A DNA stretch of 64,000 bases, from contig JAAELO010000754.1 in the NCBI GenBank assembly GCA_024226555.1, positions 41,222-105,221 of the forward strand. The letters are read 5' to 3'. Below are positions 18,087-27,363 of the stretch, one piece after another. The notes under the pieces were generated by a model. That model was not told where the DNA came from and searched no databases. It was given only the letters and a program-made list of their open reading frames with translations. This DNA comes from Desulfobacterales bacterium (GTDB lineage: Bacteria; Desulfobacterota; Desulfobacteria; Desulfobacterales; JAAELO01). Made by a program: the position numbers and the translations under genes. Position 1 is the stretch's first letter. Each line of letters opens with the position of its first letter.

Positions 18087-20237
18087 CTACTCTCCTACAG
18101 GAATAATGTATCCTTTTTCATTAAACCTTGCCAGAAAGAATGAAGATACATCAAGTGCATCATGATTTGATTTGGTAAAAGGCGGAGCATAGGTTTTAAC
18201 AACTCCTTCATATTTTTTTATCTTTTCAAAAGAGTTTCTGATTAAAGTTCTATCCAGTTTTTTTGTTTTTTTTATAGCAATAGCCAATAGATGCACTAAA
18301 TCGTATGCATGTGCTGTTCCAACTGGTGCGACAATTTTTCCGGGATGATCAATATTATATTTTATATAATATTTCCTGATAAGCTCTTTTGTTTTCCTGT
18401 TCTTAGGATTCAGAAATGAAAATGATTGAAGAAATTTAAGAGAAACATGTTCTAATTCGTTTTGTACTTCTTTCCAGAAATTGCCCCCGGTAATCCCCCA
18501 GTGAGAGATTATCGGGATTTGTGTAGCACGTTTAGCCATTCCTTTGATAATTTTTATTCCTTCATAATTTCCAGCAACAATTATTATTACTTCAGCACCT
18601 GCTTTTTCAATCCTGTTTAACTTTTCTGTCATATTACTCTCACCCCAGTTAAACCATTCTATCGTAACTGGTTTTAGTTTTCTTTTTGCAAGAGATTCTG
18701 TAATTGCTTTATGATTACTTCTTCCCCAACCATCATTTACAAGTAATAATGCAATTTTTTTATGCTTTTTCAGAGCTTGTTTAACAAGAAAAGGTCCGGC
18801 ATATTCATCTCTAACAGAAACCCGAAATACATAATTGGGTTTATAACCATTTGATACAATACCTGTTGCTGCTGCCCAGGGATCTAAAAAAATAATTTTT
18901 TCTTTATGTATAATTGGTAGCTCTGCAAGTGCGACAGGGCTATAAATACCGCATACAACAGCTGCGAGATTCTTTTTTTTACTAAATAATTTCATGTTAT
19001 TTATACCACGAACATTAATTCCTGAATTATCCATGGCAATTAGTTTGAGTTTTTTTCCCAGAACGCCCCCACTTTTATTTATGTCTTCAATAGCTATTTC
19101 CATTCCGCGCTTAATCGAAAGCCCTGATAAAGATGATGATGATCTTAAATCAGCATTAAGACCCACGATGATTTGATTATCCCGCTCTTTTTCTTTCTCA
19201 GACAGAAATGTGTACGTTTTATCCAGAATATCACCCCCAACTTCCCTGAATTTTGTAAACGCACTTTTTGATATTTTTTTAAATTCTTTCTGTTCTCTTA
19301 AAGTTAGTTTATGTATATTTGTTCCATAATCAATAATTGTTTTCAGGTATTTTACTTCCCTTTCAGCAACCTCTTTCCTTTGAAAAGTTGCCAGCTCAAC
19401 AGCTGTGGAAAATAAAATCTCCCTGATATCAGAGGGTAATGATTCGAATACTTTCCTGCTGAAAACAAAAGCCTGGGCAAAATAAGCATGATTACTTATA
19501 ATAAGGTGCGACTGAATTTGATAGAACTTCAGATTTACAATAGAAGACAGAGGGGTTTCCTCTGCAACAACAATTCCGTCTTTAAGAGCCTGATATGTTT
19601 TATGCAGATCTATAGGTATAGGATTTGCACCAAAAGCTTTGAACTGATCCATGATAACTTTACTTTTCATAACTCTCACATTCAAACCCTGAAAGTCTGA
19701 AGGACTGTGTATTTCCTTATTTGCAGTGAACTGTTTAAAACCTGACTCCCAGAAACTGGCACCGATAAGCCCATGAGGTTTAAGCTTTTCTAATAAAATC
19801 TTTCCTATTTCACCATCAAGCAAATCGTATAACTCTTCTCTTGAGGAACAAAGGTATGGTAGATCCAGTAGCTGGAGTTCTGAAATAAGGGTAGTCATTT
19901 TAGCGGTGGGAGGGAGGAGGATATCAAGCTCACCTCTTCGCGCCATTTCTATCATCTCCTGATCTGTTCCAAGCTGTTGATCAGGAAATATTTTTACTTC
20001 AACCTTTCCTTTGGTCTTATATTTTACAACCTCTGCAAATCTAACTGCTGACTGATGTTGAGCACTATTTACAGGCATATTGTGCCCAAACCTTAATATA
20101 TAGGAATCACTTTTCGTGACTTTCTCTTCGTTATATTCTTCACTGTTCTTTTCAGAAAAGAAGAGAGTAGCGGATGTTATTAGAAAAAGTATTAAACAGA
20201 ATACAGCAATATTTTTTTTACTCATATTCTCCTCCAC
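18087..20237 (-). CDS. periplasmic protein with two solute-binding domains in tandem (TRAP DctP-like N-terminal half, LivK/type-1 PBP-like C-terminal half)
   Basis: 716 aa with a signal peptide. The N-terminal half (YILRFGHNMPVNSAQHQSAVRFAEVVKYKTKGKVEVKIFP) resembles TRAP DctP SBPs. The C-terminal half (IIVGLNADLRSSSSLSGLSIKRGMEIAIEDINKSGGVLGKKLKLIAMDN) resembles branched-chain amino-acid PBPs. Its stop lies 2 bp from the start of the hybrid kinase. Confidence 0.6.
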   Translation of the reverse strand: MEENMSKKNIAVFCLILFLITSATLFFSEKNSEEYNEEKVTKSDSYILRFGHNMPVNSAQHQSAVRFAEVVKYKTKGKVEVKIFPDQQLGTDQEMIEMARRGELDILLPPTAKMTTLISELQLLDLPYLCSSREELYDLLDGEIGKILLEKLKPHGLIGASFWESGFKQFTANKEIHSPSDFQGLNVRVMKSKVIMDQFKAFGANPIPIDLHKTYQALKDGIVVAEETPLSSIVNLKFYQIQSHLIISNHAYFAQAFVFSRKVFESLPSDIREILFSTAVELATFQRKEVAEREVKYLKTIIDYGTNIHKLTLREQKEFKKISKSAFTKFREVGGDILDKTYTFLSEKEKERDNQIIVGLNADLRSSSSLSGLSIKRGMEIAIEDINKSGGVLGKKLKLIAMDNSGINVRGINNMKLFSKKKNLAAVVCGIYSPVALAELPIIHKEKIIFLDPWAAATGIVSNGYKPNYVFRVSVRDEYAGPFLVKQALKKHKKIALLLVNDGWGRSNHKAITESLAKRKLKPVTIEWFNWGESNMTEKLNRIEKAGAEVIIIVAGNYEGIKIIKGMAKRATQIPIISHWGITGGNFWKEVQNELEHVSLKFLQSFSFLNPKNRKTKELIRKYYIKYNIDHPGKIVAPVGTAHAYDLVHLLAIAIKKTKKLDRTLIRNSFEKIKKYEGVVKTYAPPFTKSNHDALDVSSFFLARFNEKGYIIPVGE

Positions 20238-20284
20238 GGGAAATATTTTTGCAGAAAAAAGTAATAAAGAATCTTTTAATTAAT

Positions 20285-20446
20285 GGGAACCTCTAATAAT
20301 TAGAATTTTTGATGAAAAATAGCGTTTATAAAAGCTTTTAGTTTTATAAAATCTCTGTATAACAAAAAACAACGGGTTGATTTTACTACAGTTTTATTTT
20401 TGTTATAACGCTGTGTTTCGTAAAAAGAGCAGTTATTAGAGATTCC
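20285..20446 (+). repeat. complete MITE-like repeat, module B+A type (162 bp)
   Basis: GGGAACCTCTAATAATTAGAATTTTTGATGAAAAATAGCGTTTATAAAAGCTTTTAGTTTTATAAAATCTCTG...AGCAGTTATTAGAGATTCCC, lying between the signalling operon and the EPS locus. Confidence 0.85.
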
Positions 20447-20608
20447 CTAATAATAATTAGGATGTGCAATTAACATGCCGTATTTATTATATGTATTTTA
20501 TTTTATAACTGCAAATATAATATTTTGTATTTTAATACAGATTGGCCCCGCAATTGCAAAATAAACATAATCAAAGTCATAAGATTATCGCAAAATAAGG
20601 AGTTAATA

Positions 20609-21310
20609 ATGATTACAAAAAAATTGATTAGTTTATCACCACTATCACAATTTCTATTAAAAATCAGATTCATAAGAATTAAATATACATGGTTTATTAC
20701 AAATAACAGTTACCGTATATTAAAGAGAATACTTGATATAACGGTATCCTTTATAATGTTAATTATTTTGATTCCTCTTTTTATAATAGTTTCATTATGC
20801 ATTATTAAAATTGATAAAGGTCCTGTTTTGTTCTGGCAGAAAAGGGTTGGAAAGTGGGGAAAGCCCTTTATGTTACCTAAGTTCAGATCAATGTATGTTG
20901 GAGCAGATGATAAGAAGAAATCAATTCTAAAGAAAAACAATCATAACGATAGTATTACTTTCAAAATGAGAAATGATCCAAGAATCACACCTGTTGGAAA
21001 ATTAATCAGAAAGCTAAGTATTGATGAACTTCCTCAATTATGGAACGTGTTAAAAGGTGAGATGTCTCTGGTAGGTCCCAGACCAGCAACAATAGAAGAG
21101 GTAAGTCAATATAGTTTAAACGATAGAAGAAGACTTGATATTACCCCAGGTATTACATGTATATGGCAGGTCTCAGGAAGGGGAGATATTCCGTTTAAAA
21201 AACAACTTAAACTTGATGTTAATTATATAGAAACCTGCAATTTCTTAATAGATTTAAAAATACTTTTTCTAACAATTCCAGCAGTAATTTCAGGTAAAGG
21301 GGCATATTAG
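20609..21310 (+). CDS. undecaprenyl-phosphate sugar phosphotransferase (bacterial sugar transferase family, WbaP/WcaJ C-terminal-domain type)
   Basis: The AAGGAG RBS at 20597-20602 supports the 20609 start. The protein has one TM segment, then GPRP...PGITCIWQVSGRGD...KLDVNYI, the catalytic core of initiating phosphoglycosyl transferases. Confidence 0.85.
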   Translation: MITKKLISLSPLSQFLLKIRFIRIKYTWFITNNSYRILKRILDITVSFIMLIILIPLFIIVSLCIIKIDKGPVLFWQKRVGKWGKPFMLPKFRSMYVGADDKKKSILKKNNHNDSITFKMRNDPRITPVGKLIRKLSIDELPQLWNVLKGEMSLVGPRPATIEEVSQYSLNDRRRLDITPGITCIWQVSGRGDIPFKKQLKLDVNYIETCNFLIDLKILFLTIPAVISGKGAY

Positions 21311-21311
21311 T

Positions 21312-22229
21312 ATGAACACTATTATAATTATTAATCAAAACTCCAATTGTTTAAAAAATTTCTTTGGCAGACCATTTCTTGAACATGTCATTGAAGCGCT
21401 TATCGAAAGATATATTAATGAAATACATCTCTTTTACTATGAACATCCTGATAAAGTATTGACTATAGCAGGTAATGGAGAAAAATGGGGGAGTACAATC
21501 AATCACCATCATATTGAAAATCAGAATTTATCAGAGTTTATTAAATTGAACATTAACACTAAAGAGATGACTCTGATGGTTAACCCTGATTACATTGTTA
21601 AGCCGGATTATAAGCATGTTAATTTCCAGAAAGGTTTTAATACTCTTTTCTTTTATAAAAATTATGATTGGTTGAGCAAAAGCTATACCGGGTGGGGTTT
21701 GTTCACACCTGATCTGTTCCAAAAACTTATTTTTAATGATCTGGATGATTTAAATAACAAACTTTGTTACAGGGATAACATAACAGAAGTAGTAACTGAC
21801 TTGTTATCGATAGTTTCTTATAAAGACTGGCTGGACTCAGCTAATAAAATTTTAAGAAATAAGTCCGGTATAATTTTGAAATGCAGGGAAACTGAAAACG
21901 GTATTTTTAAAGGTAGAAATGTATCAATAGGAAAAAAATCCATAATTAATGCCCCTGTTTATTTAGGTGACAACACCGTAATAGGAAGCGGTACTGTGAT
22001 CGGACCTTTTGCCTCTATTGGAAAAAATTGCAGAATAGATGATAACACCATCATTAAAAATTCTTTGATCGAAAGTAATTCGTACATCGGCAGGTCTTTA
22101 AATATTCAGGATTCAGTGATTGATGACAACAGAATTGTGAACACAGAATTAGCAAGTGAAGTTGAAATTAAGGACGAGTTTTACATCTCTAACTTTCTTT
22201 ATGAATCAGATGAGTACCAGAAAGAGTAA
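21312..22229 (+). CDS. nucleotidyltransferase-like N-domain fused to a left-handed beta-helix (hexapeptide-repeat) domain
   Basis: The C-terminal half shows regular hexapeptide repeats (VSIGKKSIINAPVYLGDNTVIGSGTVIGPFASIGKNCRID). The N-terminal half aligns with sugar-nucleotidyltransferases but lacks the G-x-G-T-R-L loop (IIINQNSNCLKNFFGRPFLEHVIE). Confidence 0.5.
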   Translation: MNTIIIINQNSNCLKNFFGRPFLEHVIEALIERYINEIHLFYYEHPDKVLTIAGNGEKWGSTINHHHIENQNLSEFIKLNINTKEMTLMVNPDYIVKPDYKHVNFQKGFNTLFFYKNYDWLSKSYTGWGLFTPDLFQKLIFNDLDDLNNKLCYRDNITEVVTDLLSIVSYKDWLDSANKILRNKSGIILKCRETENGIFKGRNVSIGKKSIINAPVYLGDNTVIGSGTVIGPFASIGKNCRIDDNTIIKNSLIESNSYIGRSLNIQDSVIDDNRIVNTELASEVEIKDEFYISNFLYESDEYQKE

Positions 22230-22232
22230 AAA

Positions 22233-23582
22233 ATGGATAAAATAATTTTGTTACCTTTTATAATATCAACTATATCGCTTTTAAACAGATCAGGGAGTCA
22301 AACCTTTATTCTTGTTTTCATCCCGACTCTTACTTTTCTACCTGTGTATTTTGATACTGAAATTATAAGTGGAACCCCTGAAATTTTTTTCTGGTCATCA
22401 GCTCTTATTCCTATCCTTATTTCATGGGCTATAAGTAATTTTAAAGGTTACACATACAATCATATGGATTTAATTATTTTTTTGTATATTTTAGTTATTT
22501 TTTTCGGACAATGGGATAACAGCAATTACAAGAAAGCTCAGAAACTCATGTTCAACAATCTATTAGCGGTTCTCTTCCCATACCTTCTTACAAGAATATA
22601 CTGTAGAGACAGGATGATGTTAATTAAAATGATAAAAATAATAACTTATTCAGGTGCAATTATAGCAATTTTCAATTTGATTGAGTTTCGTATGTTTACA
22701 AATTATTTTGACAGGATTCTTCGCAATATCTGGCCGTCGTATGTTATGTGGGATCTTGGAATGGTTATGAGCAGGTGGGGATTTAAAAGAGCCTTTGGTC
22801 CATTCTCACACCCTATTGTTTCAGGATATATATACGCATTTATTACTCCTCTTGCCATCTGGTGTTATAGTCAGAATTTTTTTAAAAATCTCAGATTAGG
22901 TAAAATTGTCCTTTTTCTTAATTTTTCAGGTATAATTACTTCTCTGTCCAGAGCACCAATGATAGGCTTTTTTATTGGTTTGATTATAATTTACTATGGA
23001 TGGTCAAAAAATAAAGCAGCCATATCTGCTATTTTAGTTATTATTATTACAATAGCTCTTATCATCAGTACTCCTGTTGCCATAAAGTATGCTTCGGTAA
23101 CAAGAGCCACAGCGATAGATACTGAACAACGAAATGTAGCGTACAGAAAAGAGATGTGGCAGGCTTATACTGAAGTCGTTCTTGAAAAACCCTTCCTTGG
23201 CTGGGGCCGGTTTTCAGTCCCTTCTGTAAGAGGTATCAAATCGATAGATTCTGAATATCTTGGAATAGCACTTTCATCAGGAGTTTTAGCTCTCGCATTG
23301 TACCTTCTTTTTCTTTCAGGAACATTAAAAACTCTTTTCAATTCAATTCATAAAAAAGACCATGATGACAAATGGGCCAGGCTGTCATGGTGCATAGCTG
23401 CTGGATGGATCAGTGCAATATTCTCCCAGGCAACTGTATATTCAGGTGCTCAATCGGTTCAATATCTTTTTATAATCGGAGGAATGTGTCAGGCTCTGGA
23501 TTTTAACAAAAATAAAATAGAAAAATCAAATAAAAATTCAATTTCTGACAGATGTGTCCTCGAATTTGCAAGGGTATTATAA
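22233..23582 (+). CDS. O-antigen ligase / Wzy-like polysaccharide polymerase (polytopic membrane protein)
   Basis: 449 aa with at least 10 predicted TM helices. The extracytoplasmic loop SRAPMIGFFIGLIIIYYGW is typical of Wzy_C/O-antigen ligase proteins. Confidence 0.6.
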   Translation: MDKIILLPFIISTISLLNRSGSQTFILVFIPTLTFLPVYFDTEIISGTPEIFFWSSALIPILISWAISNFKGYTYNHMDLIIFLYILVIFFGQWDNSNYKKAQKLMFNNLLAVLFPYLLTRIYCRDRMMLIKMIKIITYSGAIIAIFNLIEFRMFTNYFDRILRNIWPSYVMWDLGMVMSRWGFKRAFGPFSHPIVSGYIYAFITPLAIWCYSQNFFKNLRLGKIVLFLNFSGIITSLSRAPMIGFFIGLIIIYYGWSKNKAAISAILVIIITIALIISTPVAIKYASVTRATAIDTEQRNVAYRKEMWQAYTEVVLEKPFLGWGRFSVPSVRGIKSIDSEYLGIALSSGVLALALYLLFLSGTLKTLFNSIHKKDHDDKWARLSWCIAAGWISAIFSQATVYSGAQSVQYLFIIGGMCQALDFNKNKIEKSNKNSISDRCVLEFARVL

Positions 23583-23596
23583 AAAGGAGTAAAATA

Positions 23597-24610
23597 ATGA
23601 AACTATTACTAAAATATTCAATTATATCCCTCATTATAATATGCACTGCCTGCACCCCTGATATTAAGGACTATGGTAAAAGTGACAAGTTCAATATAGA
23701 TTCATCAGCAACAAAAATACCATTTGCAACACCGGAAGTAATAAGATTGCATGAATCAAATCTTAAAAGAGAATATAAAATTGGCCCTGGTGACAGAATT
23801 AATATCCAGGTGTGGAACAGAAGTAAACTATCAGGAGAACATACTGTTGGTCCCTTTGGTGTCATTACGCTTCCAATGTTGGGTGAATTTAAAATTGGAG
23901 GCATGAACAGAAGTTATAGTGCGAATCTTATAAGTAAGGATTTTGGAAAATATTATAATGATCCGGTTGTAACTGTTAAAATTCTGAAATATCTTAACAA
24001 TAAAGTATATGTCTTAGGCAGAGTTTCAAATCCCGGAGTAATACACTTTAGTGGGGGAGGAACACTTCTTGAAGCTCTTTCGATGGCTGGAGGACTTCCA
24101 ACCCGTGACAAAACCATATTCCTGTCTAAGTGTTATATTGTTCGGGGTAACAATCAGATTATATGGATAAATCTTTTACAACTTCTTCAAAAAGCAAACA
24201 TTAAGCTTAATATCAGACTTGCAAATAATGACATTATATATATCCCTGCTTCTATGGATGCAGCAGTATTTGTTATGGGAGATGTAAAAAATCCAGGATC
24301 TTACCAGATTCAAACCTCTGGTTTGTCAGTTCTTGATGCAATTAACCTTGCAGGGGGTCCAACAGAAGATGCAAATGTTAACGAAATAAGACTTGTAAGA
24401 GATATGAAAGAGAAAGATGGAGTAAGGGTTATTAATCTTGAAAATATGACCGCAAAAGGAGATTTCTCCAAAAATTATCGCCTGAAAGATAATGATATTA
24501 TATTTATTCCCAAAAGAGGTGCTGCTAAATTTAATTACTTCTTAAGACAGATAGATCCATTTTTAAGAACTTTTATAACAGGTTTACTCATTAATGATGC
24601 TGTAAAATAA
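23597..24610 (+). CDS. polysaccharide export protein Wza-like (Poly_export + SLBB), lipoprotein
   Basis: AAGGAG RBS sits 8 nt upstream of the ATG at 23597. The lipobox is IICTAC. The Poly_export motif is GPGDRINIQVWN...GVITLPMLGEFKIGG, followed by SLBB-like repeats. Confidence 0.8.
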   Translation: MKLLLKYSIISLIIICTACTPDIKDYGKSDKFNIDSSATKIPFATPEVIRLHESNLKREYKIGPGDRINIQVWNRSKLSGEHTVGPFGVITLPMLGEFKIGGMNRSYSANLISKDFGKYYNDPVVTVKILKYLNNKVYVLGRVSNPGVIHFSGGGTLLEALSMAGGLPTRDKTIFLSKCYIVRGNNQIIWINLLQLLQKANIKLNIRLANNDIIYIPASMDAAVFVMGDVKNPGSYQIQTSGLSVLDAINLAGGPTEDANVNEIRLVRDMKEKDGVRVINLENMTAKGDFSKNYRLKDNDIIFIPKRGAAKFNYFLRQIDPFLRTFITGLLINDAVK

Positions 24611-24622
24611 ACAGGAAAGACT

Positions 24623-26794
24623 ATGGCTACTGAATCAGATAAAAACATAAGGCGGAATATACCACCTAAAAAGATTGATCCTTTAAACAGCTTGCGGAAC
24701 CATATCAAAATAGTTGTAGTAATAGTGTTTATAATTAATTTTGCTGGTGGGATTAGTGTTTTTTTTAAAGTTAAGCCTCTCTATACTTCAAATGCTGTAA
24801 TTAAGATAGAGCCTGTTGTACCTAAAATTTTGTATGGAAAAGAAGATGCCTCAATTACGCCTTATTATGATGATTATGTTCGAACACAGATAAATATTGT
24901 TAAAAGTTATAAAGTACTTAATAAAGCAATTCAAAACTACAAAAAAAAGGGATATTTATTTAATCTGCCAAACGAAAATCCGGATCAGGCAGTTGAGCGC
25001 CTTGCAGTTCGACTTAATATTTCACAAATAAGAGATACACAGCTTTTCTCTTTAAAGATGATAAGCAGAAGAAAAGAGGGTTTATCTGAAATTATCAACT
25101 CTGTAGCCGATTCATATCTTGATCAAATTCGTAATGATCAATTAAACAAAGACTCTTCAAGGCTTAATTTTTTAAGGAAAAGAAAAAAGGAACTTGAAGA
25201 TAAACTCTCTAAAAATTACAGTATTCTTAAAAATATCTCTTCAGAAAACGCTATTGGATTAACAGATAAAAAAAATATATATGTATATCTACAGGCAATT
25301 GTTGACTTAACCCAACAGGTTGTAAAGGCAACAAGCAGAAGAATTGAAGCTGAAACAACTCTGGGTGAATTAAAAAAACAGCTAAATCTCCTGAAAAAAC
25401 TGGATATTTCTGCAGATGTCGATGATTGGGTGGAAAAAGACTGGTCAATACGTGACAACAGAATCCAGCTTTCAAGAAAACTTCAGGATTTAAGGCTCAT
25501 TTTATCAGGTGTGAAAACTAATCATCCTGACAGGAAAGAGTATGAAGAAAATCTTAAAAAGCTATATGAAGTTCAGAACAGTCAAATTGAAAGGGCTGAA
25601 AAAGTTGCTGAAAGAGTAATTCGTGGAAAGCTTATTTCAGATCAGAGAAAAAAAATACTTAACCTGAAAACTGAATATGAAGCAGCATTAAGCACTGAAA
25701 AAGAGTTAAAGAAAGAGCTGAAAAATGCAGAGATAAAAGCTTCCATGGTTAATACTAAAATGATGGAGGCGTCTACTCTTCTGAAAGATATACAGAGACT
25801 CCAGGACTCTTTAATCAGAATAGATGGAAGAATTGATCAGATTGAGGTTGAATCCAGATCTTCCGGTAGAATAACTTTACTAACTAAAGCAAGAGTCCCG
25901 GATACGCCATCAACTGGTAAAAGAGCTAAGATGCTGGTAATTGTTATACTTGCAAGTTTGGTTTCCGGACTTTCCTTTGCAATCTATAAAGATAAAACAG
26001 ATATAAAAATCCACACACCCCATGATATTTACAGGGTTTTAGGTTTTCCTGCAACAGGCTATGTTATGGATGCAAATGAAGATAAAGAATCATTTGAAGA
26101 TTTGACAAAAGCTGTAATAAAGCAATCTGCTTCACAATATTCCGAACAGATCAGAGAAATTTCCTTTAATTATGCACTGGAGCATGAGGACAACAATTCT
26201 CAAATATTTACCTGTATTTCTATGGGTGAAAAACAAGGCACTACTACTTTTGTAACAAATACACTGTCTGCTCTTGATGTTGAAAAACACAAAAGAATTC
26301 TTGTGGACATGAATATCTATAATCCATTCAAAGTTCCAGATATAAATATTGAAGGAAAGGGCATTTGTGGTGTTCTTAAAGGTGAGATATCACTTAATGA
26401 AGCAATTATCAAAGATAGTGACTATCCTTTTCATATACTTCCGTATGGAGTTACTGAAAACAGTCAAAATCATTTTATGGGGAAAGGAATCACTGGCTTA
26501 ATTGATAAGTTAAAGAAAGATTATGATTATATTGTAATTGATTCTCCCCCGCTTATTCTTGGTTCCGAGGTAAAATTCCTTTCCAAAATCTCTGATGTTG
26601 CGGTTCTTTTAGTAAATGCCGGTATTGTTAATGAACACGAGCTTTCAAGAGTGGTAAATACAATTGACAGATTAAAAACCAAAGTAATTTCAGTGGTTCT
26701 TAACAGGGTAAGATTTAAGAGAGGCAGATATTTTAAGGATAATATGAACAAATATTACGACCTTGTAAACAAAAGAAAAGAGGTTATTGAATGA
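24623..26794 (+). CDS. polysaccharide co-polymerase (Wzz/GumC domain) fused to a BY-kinase-like domain with a degenerate Walker A
   Basis: It has two TM segments around a long coiled-coil periplasmic domain. The C-terminal domain keeps Walker A' (ILVDMNIYNP) and Walker B (IVIDSPPL), but Walker A reads SMGEKQGTTT instead of GxGKS/T. A short Tyr-containing tail (NKYYD) follows. Confidence 0.7.
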   Translation: MATESDKNIRRNIPPKKIDPLNSLRNHIKIVVVIVFIINFAGGISVFFKVKPLYTSNAVIKIEPVVPKILYGKEDASITPYYDDYVRTQINIVKSYKVLNKAIQNYKKKGYLFNLPNENPDQAVERLAVRLNISQIRDTQLFSLKMISRRKEGLSEIINSVADSYLDQIRNDQLNKDSSRLNFLRKRKKELEDKLSKNYSILKNISSENAIGLTDKKNIYVYLQAIVDLTQQVVKATSRRIEAETTLGELKKQLNLLKKLDISADVDDWVEKDWSIRDNRIQLSRKLQDLRLILSGVKTNHPDRKEYEENLKKLYEVQNSQIERAEKVAERVIRGKLISDQRKKILNLKTEYEAALSTEKELKKELKNAEIKASMVNTKMMEASTLLKDIQRLQDSLIRIDGRIDQIEVESRSSGRITLLTKARVPDTPSTGKRAKMLVIVILASLVSGLSFAIYKDKTDIKIHTPHDIYRVLGFPATGYVMDANEDKESFEDLTKAVIKQSASQYSEQIREISFNYALEHEDNNSQIFTCISMGEKQGTTTFVTNTLSALDVEKHKRILVDMNIYNPFKVPDINIEGKGICGVLKGEISLNEAIIKDSDYPFHILPYGVTENSQNHFMGKGITGLIDKLKKDYDYIVIDSPPLILGSEVKFLSKISDVAVLLVNAGIVNEHELSRVVNTIDRLKTKVISVVLNRVRFKRGRYFKDNMNKYYDLVNKRKEVIE

Positions 26795-27363
26795 ATTTTA
26801 TAAAAAAAATCCATAAAAAATATTTTATAAAAAGTGGTTTTGAATATGCTGCTTATCTCAAAAAAAAAATGATCTTAAAAAAGCAGGGGGAAAACTGCTT
26901 CATATCAAAAGGAGCAGACATTTCAGATCCATACCTCACATCTATTGGCGATAATGTATGGATAACAGATGGATGCAAACTCCTGTGCCATGATGCATCT
27001 GTAATAATGCTTAATATGAGAGATGGCTCCCATTTTGATAAAGTTAATATCATTTCAATAGGAAATAACTCATTTTTGGGAAATAACACAATCGTTCTAC
27101 CCGGTGTATCCATAGGAAATTCTACAATAATCGGAGCTGGTTCGGTAATCAATAAAAATATCGGGAACAATAGCATTTGGGCCGGAAATCCTGCAAAGTT
27201 TATTTGCACTCTTGACGAATACATTGAAAAGACAGAACAGATAAATAAATCATATCCATGGAAAGAAATTTTAACGAAAAGATCTCATAAGTTTGATCCT
27301 AAGCACAATATTTCCATTGAAAAAAAATTAAGAACAGAAAGGGATAGGTATTTTTACAAATGA
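26791..27363 (+). CDS. hexapeptide-repeat sugar O-acetyltransferase
   Basis: Left-handed beta-helix repeats (IGNNSFLGNNTIVLPGVSIGNSTIIGAGSVI), WcaF/LacA-like. Confidence 0.7.
   Translation: MNFIKKIHKKYFIKSGFEYAAYLKKKMILKKQGENCFISKGADISDPYLTSIGDNVWITDGCKLLCHDASVIMLNMRDGSHFDKVNIISIGNNSFLGNNTIVLPGVSIGNSTIIGAGSVINKNIGNNSIWAGNPAKFICTLDEYIEKTEQINKSYPWKEILTKRSHKFDPKHNISIEKKLRTERDRYFYK

Noticed and set aside
20525-20608. Upstream start at 20525 for the sugar transferase, and 23552 for Wza.
   Set aside because: Consensus AAGGAG ribosome-binding sites sit 6-8 nt before the internal ATGs at 20609 and 23597, and the extended N-termini are non-hydrophobic junk that overlaps the upstream gene end.
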